Below, piece after piece: positions 50,379 to 60,819 of a DNA stretch of 64,000 bases (position 1 is the stretch's first letter; each line of letters begins with the position of its first letter). Location: the NCBI GenBank assembly GCA_947627725.1, contig CANQXE010000004.1, positions 5,473-69,472 of the forward strand, written 5' to 3'. A program made the position numbers and the translations under genes. The DNA comes from an uncultured Clostridia bacterium (GTDB lineage: Bacteria > Bacillota > Clostridia > Oscillospirales > Acutalibacteraceae). The notes under the pieces were generated by a model, which saw only the letters and a list, made by a program, of their open reading frames with translations, was not told the origin of the DNA and ran no database searches.

Positions 50379-51581
50379 TCAGTCTTCCGGTATAAATTTT
50401 CTGTGAACGGCAGATACAGCTCTGTCCGCGTCCTCCGCGTCAATAATTACGGAAATCTTGATTTCTGATGTTGAAATCATCTGAATATTGATGTTTGACT
50501 CATAAAGCGCCTCAAACATTTTTGACGCTGTACCCGGATGTGACTCCATACCCGCGCCGACGATTGAAACCTTTGCGACCTCTGTATTGCAGACGATTCT
50601 GCATCCGTCAAGCATATCCTCCAAAAGCTCTACGGCAAGCGGTCCGTTTTCCTTGTTTACCGTAAATACGATATCCTTTGTGCCGTCTCTGCCAAAAGAC
50701 TGAAGAATAATATCAACATTAATATTCTTAGCGGAAAGTCTTGAGAAGATTTTGAAAGCGATACCCGGTGTATCCTGTAAATTTAAGATTGAAACAAGTG
50801 CGACGTCCTTATCCTTGGTTACACCGCGAATTAACATTTTTTCCATTTTTGCTGCCTCCTTAACAATTGTACCCGGTTTAGGATTAAGTGATGAGAGAAC
50901 CTCAAGCTCTACTCCGTATTTTTTTGCCATTTCAACTGAGCGGTTATTGAGCACCTGTGCGCCCAGAGTTGCCAGCTCAAGCATTTCGTCATAAGTAATT
51001 TCCTTCAGCTTTTTAGCATTATCAACCTTTCTCGGATCGGCTGTATAAACGCCCTCAACATCGGTGAAAATCTGGCATCTGTCCGCCTTTAGAGCCGCGG
51101 CAATCGCAACTGCCGAGGTATCGGAGCCGCCTCTGCCCAAGGTTGTAAGGTCATCATATCTGTTAATGCCCTGAAAGCCCGCAACAACAACAATATTATG
51201 CTTTGCAATCTCAGCCTGCAATCTGTTAGGTTTAATGTTTTTGATTCTTGCCTGTGTGTAAATTGAATTGGTATTAAAGCCTGCCTGCCAGCCTAAAAGA
51301 CTGATAACAGGGAAACCCAGCTTTTCGATTGCCATTGCGAGAAGTGAAATTGAAATCTGCTCGCCTGCCGTAAGAAGCTGGTCCATTTCCCTCTTATGAG
51401 CATTCGGATTGATTTCGTTAGCCTTAGCAATCAAATCATCGGTTGTGTCGCCCTGCGCGGATACAACAACGATTACGTCATTGCCCTGCTTGTACGTATC
51501 TGTAACAATACGCGCAACATTCATAACCCTTTCGGCATTCGCTACCGATGAGCCGCCGAACTTCTGAACAATAAGTCCCAT
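50379..51581 (-). CDS. lysC: aspartate kinase
   Basis: VQKFGGSSV, VVSAQGDTTD, TTLGRGGSD, TDVEGVYTADP, two ACT domains, STSEIKIS. Confidence 0.96.
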   Translation of the reverse strand: MGLIVQKFGGSSVANAERVMNVARIVTDTYKQGNDVIVVVSAQGDTTDDLIAKANEINPNAHKREMDQLLTAGEQISISLLAMAIEKLGFPVISLLGWQAGFNTNSIYTQARIKNIKPNRLQAEIAKHNIVVVAGFQGINRYDDLTTLGRGGSDTSAVAIAAALKADRCQIFTDVEGVYTADPRKVDNAKKLKEITYDEMLELATLGAQVLNNRSVEMAKKYGVELEVLSSLNPKPGTIVKEAAKMEKMLIRGVTKDKDVALVSILNLQDTPGIAFKIFSRLSAKNINVDIILQSFGRDGTKDIVFTVNKENGPLAVELLEDMLDGCRIVCNTEVAKVSIVGAGMESHPGTASKMFEALYESNINIQMISTSEIKISVIIDAEDADRAVSAVHRKFIPED

Positions 51582-51604
51582 AGTTCAAGTCCTCCTTTAT
51601 ATAT

Positions 51605-52822
51605 TTAATAGTTTGTAACCTTTATTATATTGATTACCTCAAGACCGCTGAGCCTTTCGGTTAATTCATTCTCAGTCATAATATCAGTAATAAACGCAAC
51701 CTCATCTGACGGCTGACCCTGTCTTGAAAGGAATTTGACATCTGAAAAAGCAGCGTTCACCTGATTACAGCTTGCTTTGGCACGAACATAAAAAGGCATT
51801 TTAATAGTGCTTTTGTAGTCGACAACATAGTCCTCTTCGCCTGCGCCCCAACCAAAAATTTTCTTTCTTCCCGTATGCTTTGCACAGTCGATAATATCGG
51901 CAACGACCGCAGAGGCGGTAGGCAGCTTTCCCGCGCCGGGACCGTAAAAGCAAACGTCGCCGACAGCGTCTCCCCGAACAAGAACCGCATTAAAAACATC
52001 TTTAACAGTTGCAAGCTGTGAGCCGTTATAAACAACAGCGGGACTGACAAATGCCGCAATCCTATCGTCATTTATATACTTTATCTGACCGAGCAGCTTA
52101 ATAACGCCGTTTGCGGAATTTATATATGAAACATCCTCAAGAGTAATGTTTGAAATTCCCTCTGTTTCAACCTGAGACGGGTATACATGCTTGCCGAAAG
52201 CAAGGGAAGCGAGAATACAAACCTTGCGGCATGCGTCGTGTCCTTCAACGTCCGCTGTCGGGTCTTTTTCGGCATAGCCCTTTTCCTGAGCAATCTTAAG
52301 CGCCTCCTCAAAGGACATACCCTTTTCAATCATCATTGTAAGAATGAAATTCGTAGTACCGTTGAGTATACCCGCGATACCCTCAATATGGTTTGCCGCG
52401 AGGCACTGTGTGAGCGGTCTGATAATCGGAATACCCCCTCCGACAGACGCCTCAATCAAATAATTAGTTCCGCTCTCCTCTGCCGCCTGCAAAAGCTCGG
52501 GACCCTTTTGCGCAACAAGCTCCTTGTTTGACGTAACAACGCTCTTTCCCGATTTCAAAAGCTTCATCGTGAAATCAAAGGCCGGATTTACTCCTCCCAT
52601 TGTTTCCGCAACAATTTTAATTTCAGGGTCATTCAAAATATCGTTAAAATCCTTTGTGAACAAATCCTTATGCGGATCATCGGGGAAATCACGCAAATCA
52701 AGAATACGTGAAACCTCTAAAACCTCTCCGCCTATCTTCTTTGGAATAATATTGCTGTGAGTTTCAATTACCTCCACAACTCCGGAACCGACTGTTCCGT
52801 ATCCCATAACCGCAACTTTCAT
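51605..52822 (-). CDS. hom: homoserine dehydrogenase
   Basis: MGYGTVGSG, VVTSNK, EASVGGGIP, GILNGTTN, GYAEKDPTADVEG, GPGAGKLPTASAV. Confidence 0.96.
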   Translation of the reverse strand: MKVAVMGYGTVGSGVVEVIETHSNIIPKKIGGEVLEVSRILDLRDFPDDPHKDLFTKDFNDILNDPEIKIVAETMGGVNPAFDFTMKLLKSGKSVVTSNKELVAQKGPELLQAAEESGTNYLIEASVGGGIPIIRPLTQCLAANHIEGIAGILNGTTNFILTMMIEKGMSFEEALKIAQEKGYAEKDPTADVEGHDACRKVCILASLAFGKHVYPSQVETEGISNITLEDVSYINSANGVIKLLGQIKYINDDRIAAFVSPAVVYNGSQLATVKDVFNAVLVRGDAVGDVCFYGPGAGKLPTASAVVADIIDCAKHTGRKKIFGWGAGEEDYVVDYKSTIKMPFYVRAKASCNQVNAAFSDVKFLSRQGQPSDEVAFITDIMTENELTERLSGLEVINIIKVTNY

Positions 52823-52846
52823 AATCTAACCTCCTGTGATAACCGT

Positions 52847-53281
52847 CTAATCGCTTAGATGCGCTGAGTTTACACCGTTAATTTTCCTGATATTTTCAAG
52901 CATATCCTGTGTACTGACCGCCATATCGGTTACCCTTACGGTAACGGACACATCGGCAACCGAATTAACGGGAACGCTCTGGCTGACTGACAGCACATTT
53001 GCCCCTGCCATGTAAAGCTCGTTCATAAGCGCCGAAAGGACTCCCGCGTTATCCTTAAGCTTAGCGTTCACTGTCACCGTTTCATCGCTGCTTTCCCCGT
53101 TATATTCAAAAATAGCGTCCTTGTACTTATAATATGCGCTTCTTGAAATTCCTGCCATTTTTGCCGCCTGCGTGGCAGACGACGCCTCTCCGGCGGCAAG
53201 GTAATTTTTTGCCTCAATAACCTTGGAATAAACAGGCGGGAGAATGCTTGAATTAACAAGATAATAATTAATCTTTCCCAT
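52847..53281 (-). CDS. thrR: ACT-domain regulator (ThrR/PheB/YszB family)
   Basis: YYLV..ILP..VIEAK..GISRSAYYKYKD HTH plus ACT domain; heads hom-lysC. Confidence 0.85.
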   Translation of the reverse strand: MGKINYYLVNSSILPPVYSKVIEAKNYLAAGEASSATQAAKMAGISRSAYYKYKDAIFEYNGESSDETVTVNAKLKDNAGVLSALMNELYMAGANVLSVSQSVPVNSVADVSVTVRVTDMAVSTQDMLENIRKINGVNSAHLSD

Positions 53282-53307
53282 TTTATTATCCTCCATACGC
53301 GGACAGT

Positions 53308-53324
53308 TGTTTTACTGTGAAACA
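53308..53324. promoter_or_regulatory. putative ThrR operator
   Basis: 17-bp near-palindrome TGTTTTACTGTGAAACA just downstream of the -10. Confidence 0.5.
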
Positions 53325-53334
53325 CACTTGTAAT

Positions 53335-53363
53335 ATATTAGCAAAAATTGACAGAAGTATCAA
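53335..53363 (-). promoter_or_regulatory. sigmaA promoter of thrR-hom-lysC
   Basis: Minus strand TTGATA-17-TAATAT. Confidence 0.65.
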
Positions 53364-53469
53364 GCCCCAATTTATAAAATATTAATTTATTTGTTATATT
53401 TTTCCTTGATAAATAGTCATATATGAATTATTATAATATAAGAGAACTGTTAAATAAAGGAAGAGAAAA

Positions 53470-54618
53470 ATGACAAACAAAGTAGAGAAAAGAAAAAACG
53501 CTATCATAAACATTGCCTTTATTGCAATTATTTTAGGGCTTGTCTATATTTTCTTCAAGTATTGCTTTTCTGTCACAGCACCGTTTTTACTTTCATTTTT
53601 CTTTGCTGTATTACTTCAAAGACCGCTGAGATTTCTTGACAAAAAAACAAAAAATAAATGCCATACCTTATGGTCGGTTTTACTTGTCCTCATATCTCTT
53701 TTAATTATTCTCGGTCCCGTAATCACAATAATTTCCCTTATCGCGAAAGAGGTTGTAGGCTTCGTGTCATACCTTATAGGTCAGCTTAACGATTTGCCCG
53801 CATTTCTCGCAACGCTTGAAAAGGAGCTTTTGGATTTACTCGATTTCCTGCCCGACGGTATTTATACCTCAGTATCTGATACAATATCGGATTTCTTCAG
53901 CAGAACTATAAATAATTTTGATTTAAACTCGCTCGGAATTGATATGAAGTCGATAACAAACGGACTTTCAACAGGTGTAAGCGGAATATACAGCGTTGTA
54001 AAAAATATTCCTTCCGCCCTTATCGCCATCGTTATCGGAATTGTAGCGTGGATATTCTTTACAAAAGATTATAATTATATTGTAAACTTTATTAAATTAC
54101 AGCTCCCCGACGGCAAAAAAAATCTTTTAACCGAAATAAAACAGATTTTCTCAAAAACCGTTTTAAAAATGATAAGAGCTTACGGACTTATTATGTTCAT
54201 TACATTCTGCGAGCTTTTCCTCGGACTGTCAATTCTTAATCTTACAGGCATTATGGACAACAGCTACATTGTAATAATTGCAATGGCAATCGCCATATTT
54301 GATATTCTTCCTGTTGCGGGTTCAGGCGGTATTCTTATACCATGGGCAGCAGTCAGCTTAGTGCTTGGCAACTTCTCACAGGCAATCGGTCTGATAGTAA
54401 TCTATATAATCATATCTGTAATCCGCCAGTATATTGAGCCGAAGATTGTCGGCTCGTCTCTCGGCGTTCACCCGATAGTTACACTTGCAGGTCTTTATTT
54501 CGGTCTTAAGCTGTTCGGCTTCCTCGGTATGTTCATCGTGCCGATTACGATAATGACAATTAAAGCGTTTAATGATGCCGGCAGGATTCACTTATACAAT
54601 TCACCTAACAGAAATTAG
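53470..54618 (+). CDS. ytvI: YtvI-like sporulation integral membrane protein (AI-2E family)
   Basis: APFLLSF, IFDILPVAGSG..IPW, RQYIEPKIVG..LGVHP, GFLGMFIVP. Confidence 0.85.
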   Translation: MTNKVEKRKNAIINIAFIAIILGLVYIFFKYCFSVTAPFLLSFFFAVLLQRPLRFLDKKTKNKCHTLWSVLLVLISLLIILGPVITIISLIAKEVVGFVSYLIGQLNDLPAFLATLEKELLDLLDFLPDGIYTSVSDTISDFFSRTINNFDLNSLGIDMKSITNGLSTGVSGIYSVVKNIPSALIAIVIGIVAWIFFTKDYNYIVNFIKLQLPDGKKNLLTEIKQIFSKTVLKMIRAYGLIMFITFCELFLGLSILNLTGIMDNSYIVIIAMAIAIFDILPVAGSGGILIPWAAVSLVLGNFSQAIGLIVIYIIISVIRQYIEPKIVGSSLGVHPIVTLAGLYFGLKLFGFLGMFIVPITIMTIKAFNDAGRIHLYNSPNRN

Positions 54619-54803
54619 CTTGAAATCTTATTTTCACAAACGGCATTTGATTCGATTATTTCGGATTAATATAATAATAGAGTCAGTCACAGATTATTAT
54701 GAATACCCTCCAACAGCTGTTGCAACAGCATTAACTGCTACTGGAATTGAATTGATTTTGTTTTTATTAGAACTATATTCTTCTTCAAAGGGGAAAGTAA
54801 TAT

Positions 54804-55337
54804 ATGGAAAGAATTTATAATAGTAAAAGTGCAGAAAAAACCTTTAAAAAAGTTTGCATTGTTTTTATAATAATATCCTTATTTTTTACTGCCACTTACT
54901 GCATTTTGAACAATGGTAAAACCAAAGAAGAGATAGCATTTAATACAACTGAAGAATGTATAGAAAATAAAGTATCACAGTATATTGAGAATCTACCAGA
55001 TAAAAAAGAACATTATTTATATAGTAAAATTATATATTCATATGAAAATGATTTGCAATATATTGAAATATTCAATTCACCTGACACTACAGTTTGGATT
55101 TATATTTTAAATAAAATAAATAATGAGGGAAAAATCATGTATAAGTATGATTATTCTGAAACAATAATGTTATATGAAAAATGGAAAGATGTAAAGAATT
55201 ATAAATATAAAATTGTAGATTCAAAAGAAGAAGTGAATGATTATAAAAATGAAATAACAAAAACTACAAAAATAACATATAGTCAGTATGGTAAAAAATA
55301 TACAAAATATCTTTTGTTCTTTGATAAAAATAATTAA
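54804..55337 (+). CDS. AT-rich hypothetical protein with N-terminal TM anchor
   Basis: 177-aa ORF after GGGGA RBS; composition far more AT-rich than flanks. Confidence 0.7.
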   Translation: MERIYNSKSAEKTFKKVCIVFIIISLFFTATYCILNNGKTKEEIAFNTTEECIENKVSQYIENLPDKKEHYLYSKIIYSYENDLQYIEIFNSPDTTVWIYILNKINNEGKIMYKYDYSETIMLYEKWKDVKNYKYKIVDSKEEVNDYKNEITKTTKITYSQYGKKYTKYLLFFDKNN

Positions 55338-55509
55338 AAAATTAAATATTAATTCTCTTTGTAGATTTGTAACGAGCAAAAGAGCTAAAATGAAGAAAAA
55401 GATTTTTAATAAAAGTAATACAAGTTGACAGAGAGGAAAAAAGGGAACAGAAACAAAAGCCCTGAACGAAAAAAGTTCAAAACCATGTTAAAAATATTGG
55501 CTTTAGTGT

Positions 55510-55995
55510 TTAGTCAATGCGTTTAACGGATTTAAGGCATCTGAAAGAATATTTTGACTTAGTAACGAAAGCGCAAAAGCAACAACAAGAAGAGCGATAT
55601 GCGCTTCGGTTCTGAGTACATAAATTTTTTTGAATGAGACACACTTTCTGTCAATCGAAAGTCTGTAATCATCAGCAACGGTAATGTATTTAGTACATCC
55701 TCTGTTTTTTTGCCGTTATTCCAATTCTTGTGATTGCAGGGACAGGAGGTTTTTGAACGCCTAAAGCACAATATTTAGGTCTGTTCTCTTTAGAGAACTT
55801 GTTTTGATAAACGATTTGGGATTATTATGCTTTGCATTCGCAGAAATCGGAGTTGAATCAAGTGCGATAAAGGAAGTATCAATAATACCCAAATCGCTTA
55901 GATTAATAACGAATTCCCGCATAACAGATTTAAGTAACTTGTTATCAACGGTTTTGATAAAACGGTCTAAAGTCCAGTAGGATAGATAACAGCCA
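55510..55995 (-). pseudogene. degraded IS DDE transposase (IS4/IS5-like) remnant
   Basis: Pieces read SYWTLDRFIK..LGIIDTSFIALDSTPISANAKHNNPKSF / KFSKENRPK / CPCNHKNWNNGKK / NRGCTKYITVADDYRLSIDR..LRTE / HIALL..KSVKRID*; frameshifts and internal deletions. Confidence 0.8.
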
Positions 55996-56159
55996 TCCCC
56001 TTTCGTTTATTTTTTCTACAACTTAATCATACGATATTTGGTTGGCTGTTTCTATATTATATAGTAATAAAGTGGATTCTTTTGCCCTGATTTCCCTTTA
56101 TTTATGCGCCTTTCTGCGTTTTGCTCAGGGCTATAATAATATTATAAGAAGGATTCAAT

Positions 56160-56870
56160 ATGAATTCAATCAAAAAGTATATAGCCGAATTCATTGGCAC
56201 AATGGTCCTTGTAACAATGGGCTGCGGTACCGCAATGCTTGTTGGCTGTGACGCCGCTAACGGGGGCGGATACATTCTTACGGCTTTGGCTTTCGGTCTC
56301 TCTATCGTTGCAATGGCTTACTGCGTCGGCAATATTTCAGGCTGCCACATCAATCCTGCCGTTTCTCTCGGTGTGCTTATAAGCGGCGGTATGTCGGTCG
56401 GTGATTTTATCGGGTACGTAATTGCTCAATGTTTAGGCGGCTTTGCCGGAGCAGGTCTGCTTGCCGCTATCTTTAATCTCGGCAATGTAACCGATATGAC
56501 AGGCGGCTTTGGCTCAAACGGACTTGCGGGAGTAAACGGCAGTATAGCCGCCGGCTTTCTTGTTGAGGCAGTACTGACCTGCATATTTGTAATGACAATT
56601 CTCGGCGTAACATCAAAGAAAGCTAATCACGGCTCTTTCGGCGGTCTTGTTATCGGTCTTACATTAACCTTTGTACATATTCTCGGTATAGGTCTTACGG
56701 GTACTTCCGTAAATCCGGCAAGAAGTATCGGTCCGGCTGTTGTTTCTGCTATTTCGGGTAACAGTGAACCTATTAAAAGCTTATGGGTATTTATTGTTGC
56801 TCCGCTTGTTGGCGCTGCTGTTGCCGCTCTTATTTACAAATTTCTTGAATCCGGCAAAAAAGCTGACTGA
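56160..56870 (+). CDS. aqpZ: aquaporin (MIP family)
   Basis: AEFIGT, ISGCHINPAVS, TGTSVNPARSIGPA (two NPA motifs). Confidence 0.9.
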   Translation: MNSIKKYIAEFIGTMVLVTMGCGTAMLVGCDAANGGGYILTALAFGLSIVAMAYCVGNISGCHINPAVSLGVLISGGMSVGDFIGYVIAQCLGGFAGAGLLAAIFNLGNVTDMTGGFGSNGLAGVNGSIAAGFLVEAVLTCIFVMTILGVTSKKANHGSFGGLVIGLTLTFVHILGIGLTGTSVNPARSIGPAVVSAISGNSEPIKSLWVFIVAPLVGAAVAALIYKFLESGKKAD

Positions 56871-56882
56871 TATTTAAACAGT

Positions 56883-56919
56883 AAAAAGGCAGGTAGTGAA
56901 AAATCACTGCCTGCTTTTT
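56883..56919. terminator. bidirectional terminator
   Basis: AAAAAGGCAGGTAGTGA/TCACTGCCTGCTTTTT. Confidence 0.75.
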
Positions 56920-56952
56920 ATATTGCTCAGATATATACAACGCTTTAGGCTA

Positions 56953-57870
56953 TTAAAGTCCGGCGTTTTCTGCAATGTATTTACGAGCCTTCACCGCATA
57001 CTCAAACGGATTTGCCTTAGCAGGGTCCTGCTCCGCCTCGACAACTACCCAGCCTTCGTAATCATTCTCTGCGAGAATATCAAATATCGGCTTGAAATCA
57101 ACATCGCCGTCGCCCGGCACTGTGAACACTCCTGCCCTTACCGCATCAAGGAATGACATATGTCCGGGCACTACTTGATTGTTATAAACGTCAAGTCTTA
57201 CATCCTTAAGATGAACGTGCTTAACTCTGTTTACATATTTCTTAAGCACAGGAACAGGGTCAATACCCGCAAAGGTCAGATGACCTGAATCAAAAAGGAG
57301 ATAAACAAGTTCGGGGTCGGTAAGCTCCATAAGCTTATCAATTTCCTCAACGGTCTGTACTCCCGTACCCATATGATGATGAACCGTAAAATACATACCC
57401 TTTGATTTTGCATAAGCGCCCATTTCATTAAAGCCCTTGACAACCACTGCCCATTCCTCATCGGAATAATACGGCTTTTCGTCAAGAATTGATTTGTCAA
57501 GACATCCCTGAATTGAGTTACCCTGCTCAGACACGCCGACAACCCTCGCGCCTAATTTATAAAGCTTATCACAATGAGCCTTGAATGCCTCAATCGTCTC
57601 CTCATAAGGCTTTGAGGTTAAATATGATGAGAACCACGCGTTACAAATCTGAAGTCCTCTGATATCAAGATACGGCTTTAAAACATCAGGGTCTGACGGA
57701 TATTTATTTCCGATTTCGGAGCCCTTAAAGCCCGCGAGCGCCATTTCGCTTATACACTGCTCAAATGTATTTTCCGCGCCAAGGTCGGGCATATCGTCAT
57801 TTGTCCAGCCGATTGGCGCAATGGCAAGTTTTACTTTGTTTGGATCAAGCATTTTTATATTACCTTTCAT
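56953..57870 (-). CDS. iolE: myo-inosose-2 dehydratase
   Basis: [43 protein letters not shown]. Confidence 0.95.
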   Translation of the reverse strand: MKGNIKMLDPNKVKLAIAPIGWTNDDMPDLGAENTFEQCISEMALAGFKGSEIGNKYPSDPDVLKPYLDIRGLQICNAWFSSYLTSKPYEETIEAFKAHCDKLYKLGARVVGVSEQGNSIQGCLDKSILDEKPYYSDEEWAVVVKGFNEMGAYAKSKGMYFTVHHHMGTGVQTVEEIDKLMELTDPELVYLLFDSGHLTFAGIDPVPVLKKYVNRVKHVHLKDVRLDVYNNQVVPGHMSFLDAVRAGVFTVPGDGDVDFKPIFDILAENDYEGWVVVEAEQDPAKANPFEYAVKARKYIAENAGL

Positions 57871-57943
57871 AAATAATAAACTAAAAACCGAGTATTATAT
57901 TTAGTGAATTAAGACAGAATAAGTCATAACGCAAAACATTATT

Positions 57944-59797
57944 TTAATAGTCAAAGGTTTCTTTGATATGTGCCTGCATATCCTCATATGCGGCGGCAAC
58001 TGTTTCGGACTTTGAAACCTCTGCAACACCGACTCTCCACCAGGATTCAAAGCCCGGAGTCATAGTCTTTGGAAGAACCTTGATGTCAAACAGACATGAT
58101 ACTGTCTGCTTTTTAGCGTCTTCAAGCGCGGCTCTCAGCTCGTCTGATGTGCGGCAGGTGTAACCCTTTGCGCCGTAGCCCTCTGCAATCTTTGCAAAAT
58201 CGGGGTCGATTTCCGCTCCGTCAAGCATTCCTGTCACAGGATTTCTTGCGCGGAATATTGTGCCGAAGGTGTCAGTTCCCTGATTATTCTGGAGATTTTC
58301 AATACATCCCCAGCCCATATTGTCAAACAGGCAGACATTGATTTTAAGTCCCTCCTGAAGAGACGTATAAAGCTCGCTGTGTCCCATAAGAAATGAGCCG
58401 TCACCGCAGAAAGTATAGACCTCCGAATCAGGCTTTGCAAGCTTTGCGCCCAAAGCGCCGTTGACCTCGTATCCCATATTGGAATAACCATATTCCATAT
58501 GATATGTACCTCTGTTTTTAGGTCTGAACAGTCTCTGCATATCGCCGGGAAGCGAGCCCGCAGAGCCGAGCGCGATAGCGTCATCAGGCATAAACTCGTT
58601 AATAATACCGAGAGCGAGAGTCTGGTTAAGTCCGCCCTCAAGCTCTGTCGAATAATATTCATTAACGATTGCGTCCCATTCAGCCTTAGCTGCGGCAATT
58701 TCATCTGTATATGCTGACTTATATCCCTCGCAGGAATTTATCAGTGCGGTAACAGCCTCCTTAGCATCGGCAATTACAGCTTCCGCATCCATCTTAAACG
58801 CGTCAAAAGGACAGACATTTATACCGAGCACCTTTCTTTTTTCGTTAAAGAGCCACTTTGATGAGGTGGTGAAATCCGTAAAACGGGTACCAACGCCGAT
58901 AACAAGGTCGGCGTCTCTCGCGATAACATTCGCTGCCTTACCGCCTGTTACACCGATACCGCCGAGATTAAGCGGATGCTTCCAGTCTATAATACCTTTT
59001 CCTGCCTGTGTTTCACTGATAGGAATGTTATACTTCTCAGCAAATTGCTGAAGCTCCTTTTCAGCCTCGCTGTATCTTACACCGCCGCCGCAAATAATAA
59101 TAGGCTTTTTGGCGGACCTGATAAGCGATGTAGCTCTTTCAAGCTGTGATTTTGATATCGGACGTCTGTCCATATGCCATACACGTTTTTTGAGAAAATG
59201 GTCCGGATAATCATATGCCTCGCCCTCAACATCCTGAGGCATTGCAAGGCAAACAGCTCCTGTATCGGCAGGGTCGGTCAGAACACGCATTGCGTTAAGG
59301 CACGCCGTCATAAGCTGTTCGGGTCTGTTTATTCTGTCAAAATAGTGGCAGACGCCCTTAAATGCGTCGGTTACCGTCCTACCGTAATTATCAAAGAACT
59401 CAGCCTGCTGCAAAACGGGATCGGGCTGGCGGCACGCGAATGTATCGCCCGGCAAAACAAGAAGAGGAATTCTGTTAGCGGTCGCGCAGCCGCAGGCAGT
59501 CACCATATTTGTGGCGCCGGGACCGATAGAAGAAACACACGGAATAATTGCTTTCCTGTCCATCTGCTTTGCGTAAGCAACAGCGGCAAGCGCCATATTC
59601 TGCTCGTTTTTGCCCTGATAAAATTTTAAATTATGTCCGCCCTGCTCCAACGCCTGGCCGACACCGACAACGCAGCCGTGTCCGAAGATACCGAAAATTC
59701 CGCTTACGAACTTGGTTTCAACGCCGTCACATTCAATATACTGATTGTCAAGGAACTTAACAAGCGCCTGTGACATTGTAAGTCTTGTACGTTTCAT
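57944..59797 (-). CDS. iolD: 3D-(3,5/4)-trihydroxycyclohexane-1,2-dione acylhydrolase
   Basis: LTMSQALVKFLDNQY, IFGHG, SIGPGATN, FACRQPDPVLQQ, EYGYSNMGYE, ThDP motif GDGS. Confidence 0.96.
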   Translation of the reverse strand: MKRTRLTMSQALVKFLDNQYIECDGVETKFVSGIFGIFGHGCVVGVGQALEQGGHNLKFYQGKNEQNMALAAVAYAKQMDRKAIIPCVSSIGPGATNMVTACGCATANRIPLLVLPGDTFACRQPDPVLQQAEFFDNYGRTVTDAFKGVCHYFDRINRPEQLMTACLNAMRVLTDPADTGAVCLAMPQDVEGEAYDYPDHFLKKRVWHMDRRPISKSQLERATSLIRSAKKPIIICGGGVRYSEAEKELQQFAEKYNIPISETQAGKGIIDWKHPLNLGGIGVTGGKAANVIARDADLVIGVGTRFTDFTTSSKWLFNEKRKVLGINVCPFDAFKMDAEAVIADAKEAVTALINSCEGYKSAYTDEIAAAKAEWDAIVNEYYSTELEGGLNQTLALGIINEFMPDDAIALGSAGSLPGDMQRLFRPKNRGTYHMEYGYSNMGYEVNGALGAKLAKPDSEVYTFCGDGSFLMGHSELYTSLQEGLKINVCLFDNMGWGCIENLQNNQGTDTFGTIFRARNPVTGMLDGAEIDPDFAKIAEGYGAKGYTCRTSDELRAALEDAKKQTVSCLFDIKVLPKTMTPGFESWWRVGVAEVSKSETVAAAYEDMQAHIKETFDY

Positions 59798-59799
59798 AC

Positions 59800-60819
59800 T
59801 TATGCCTCAATTTCTGAAAGTTTAACCGGTCTGTTTTCCTTAACAGAAAGCTTTGCGGCAAGACCGAGGCGAAGAGCCTCCAAGCCGTCATAAACAGTCG
59901 TCTTGGTATCCTTTCCGTTAAGAACACAGTCGATAAATTCTGTCATTTCATCTGTAAAGGATTTCATATATCTCTCAAGGAAGAAGTAGAGTGGCTTATC
60001 CGTAACGGCACCGTTCTCGTCAATAAACTCAACATGTGTAGGCGTATCGTTAGCAGCGCTTGCCTGACCTTTTTTACCGAATACCTCAAGCCTTTGGTCA
60101 TATCCGTAAGCAGCCTTGCGGCAGTTGTCAATAACGCCGATTGCCCCGCTCTTGAACTTAAGTGTAACAAGCGCTGTATCAACATCGCCTGCCTCACCGA
60201 TAGCAGGGTCAACAGTTACTGCGGCATTGGCATAAACCTCTTCAACCTCACCGCCGATAAAGCGTGCCATATCAAAATCATGAACCGTCATATCAAGGAA
60301 AATTCCGCCCGAAACCTTAACGTATGAAATTGGGGGCGGTTCAGGGTCTCGTGATGTAATTTTGATAGTTTGAAGCTCGCCCAATTTGCCCTCGTTTGCA
60401 AGATTTTTAATACGTGCAAAGTTATGGTCATAACGGCGGTTAAAACCAATCTGAAGCTTAACCTTTGCCTCGTCAACAGCCTTAATTACCGCCTTAATCT
60501 TTTCAATAGTCAAATCAACAGGCTTTTCACAGAAAATATGCTTGCCTGCCTTTGCCGCCTCAATAGCGATATCAGCGTGAGTATCCGTTGAAGAACAGAT
60601 GAGAACCGCTTTTATATCGGGATTATTCAAAATCTCATGATAATCCTCATAATAATTTTCAATACCAAGCTCCTCCGCAACTTTTTTTGCGCCCTCAACA
60701 TAAATATCTGATATGGCAACAATTTCAGCCTGCGGGATATGATATGTAATAGACTTTGCGTGTACCTGACCGATACGTCCGGCACCGATGATGCCAACCT
60801 TAAGTTTTTCCATACACAA
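59800..60819 (-). CDS. iolG: inositol 2-dehydrogenase
   Basis: IGAGRIG, FCEKP, GFNRRYD, TSRDP, GGIFLDMTVHDFD, YGYDQRLEV, FFLERY. Confidence 0.92.
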   Translation of the reverse strand: MCMEKLKVGIIGAGRIGQVHAKSITYHIPQAEIVAISDIYVEGAKKVAEELGIENYYEDYHEILNNPDIKAVLICSSTDTHADIAIEAAKAGKHIFCEKPVDLTIEKIKAVIKAVDEAKVKLQIGFNRRYDHNFARIKNLANEGKLGELQTIKITSRDPEPPPISYVKVSGGIFLDMTVHDFDMARFIGGEVEEVYANAAVTVDPAIGEAGDVDTALVTLKFKSGAIGVIDNCRKAAYGYDQRLEVFGKKGQASAANDTPTHVEFIDENGAVTDKPLYFFLERYMKSFTDEMTEFIDCVLNGKDTKTTVYDGLEALRLGLAAKLSVKENRPVKLSEIEA

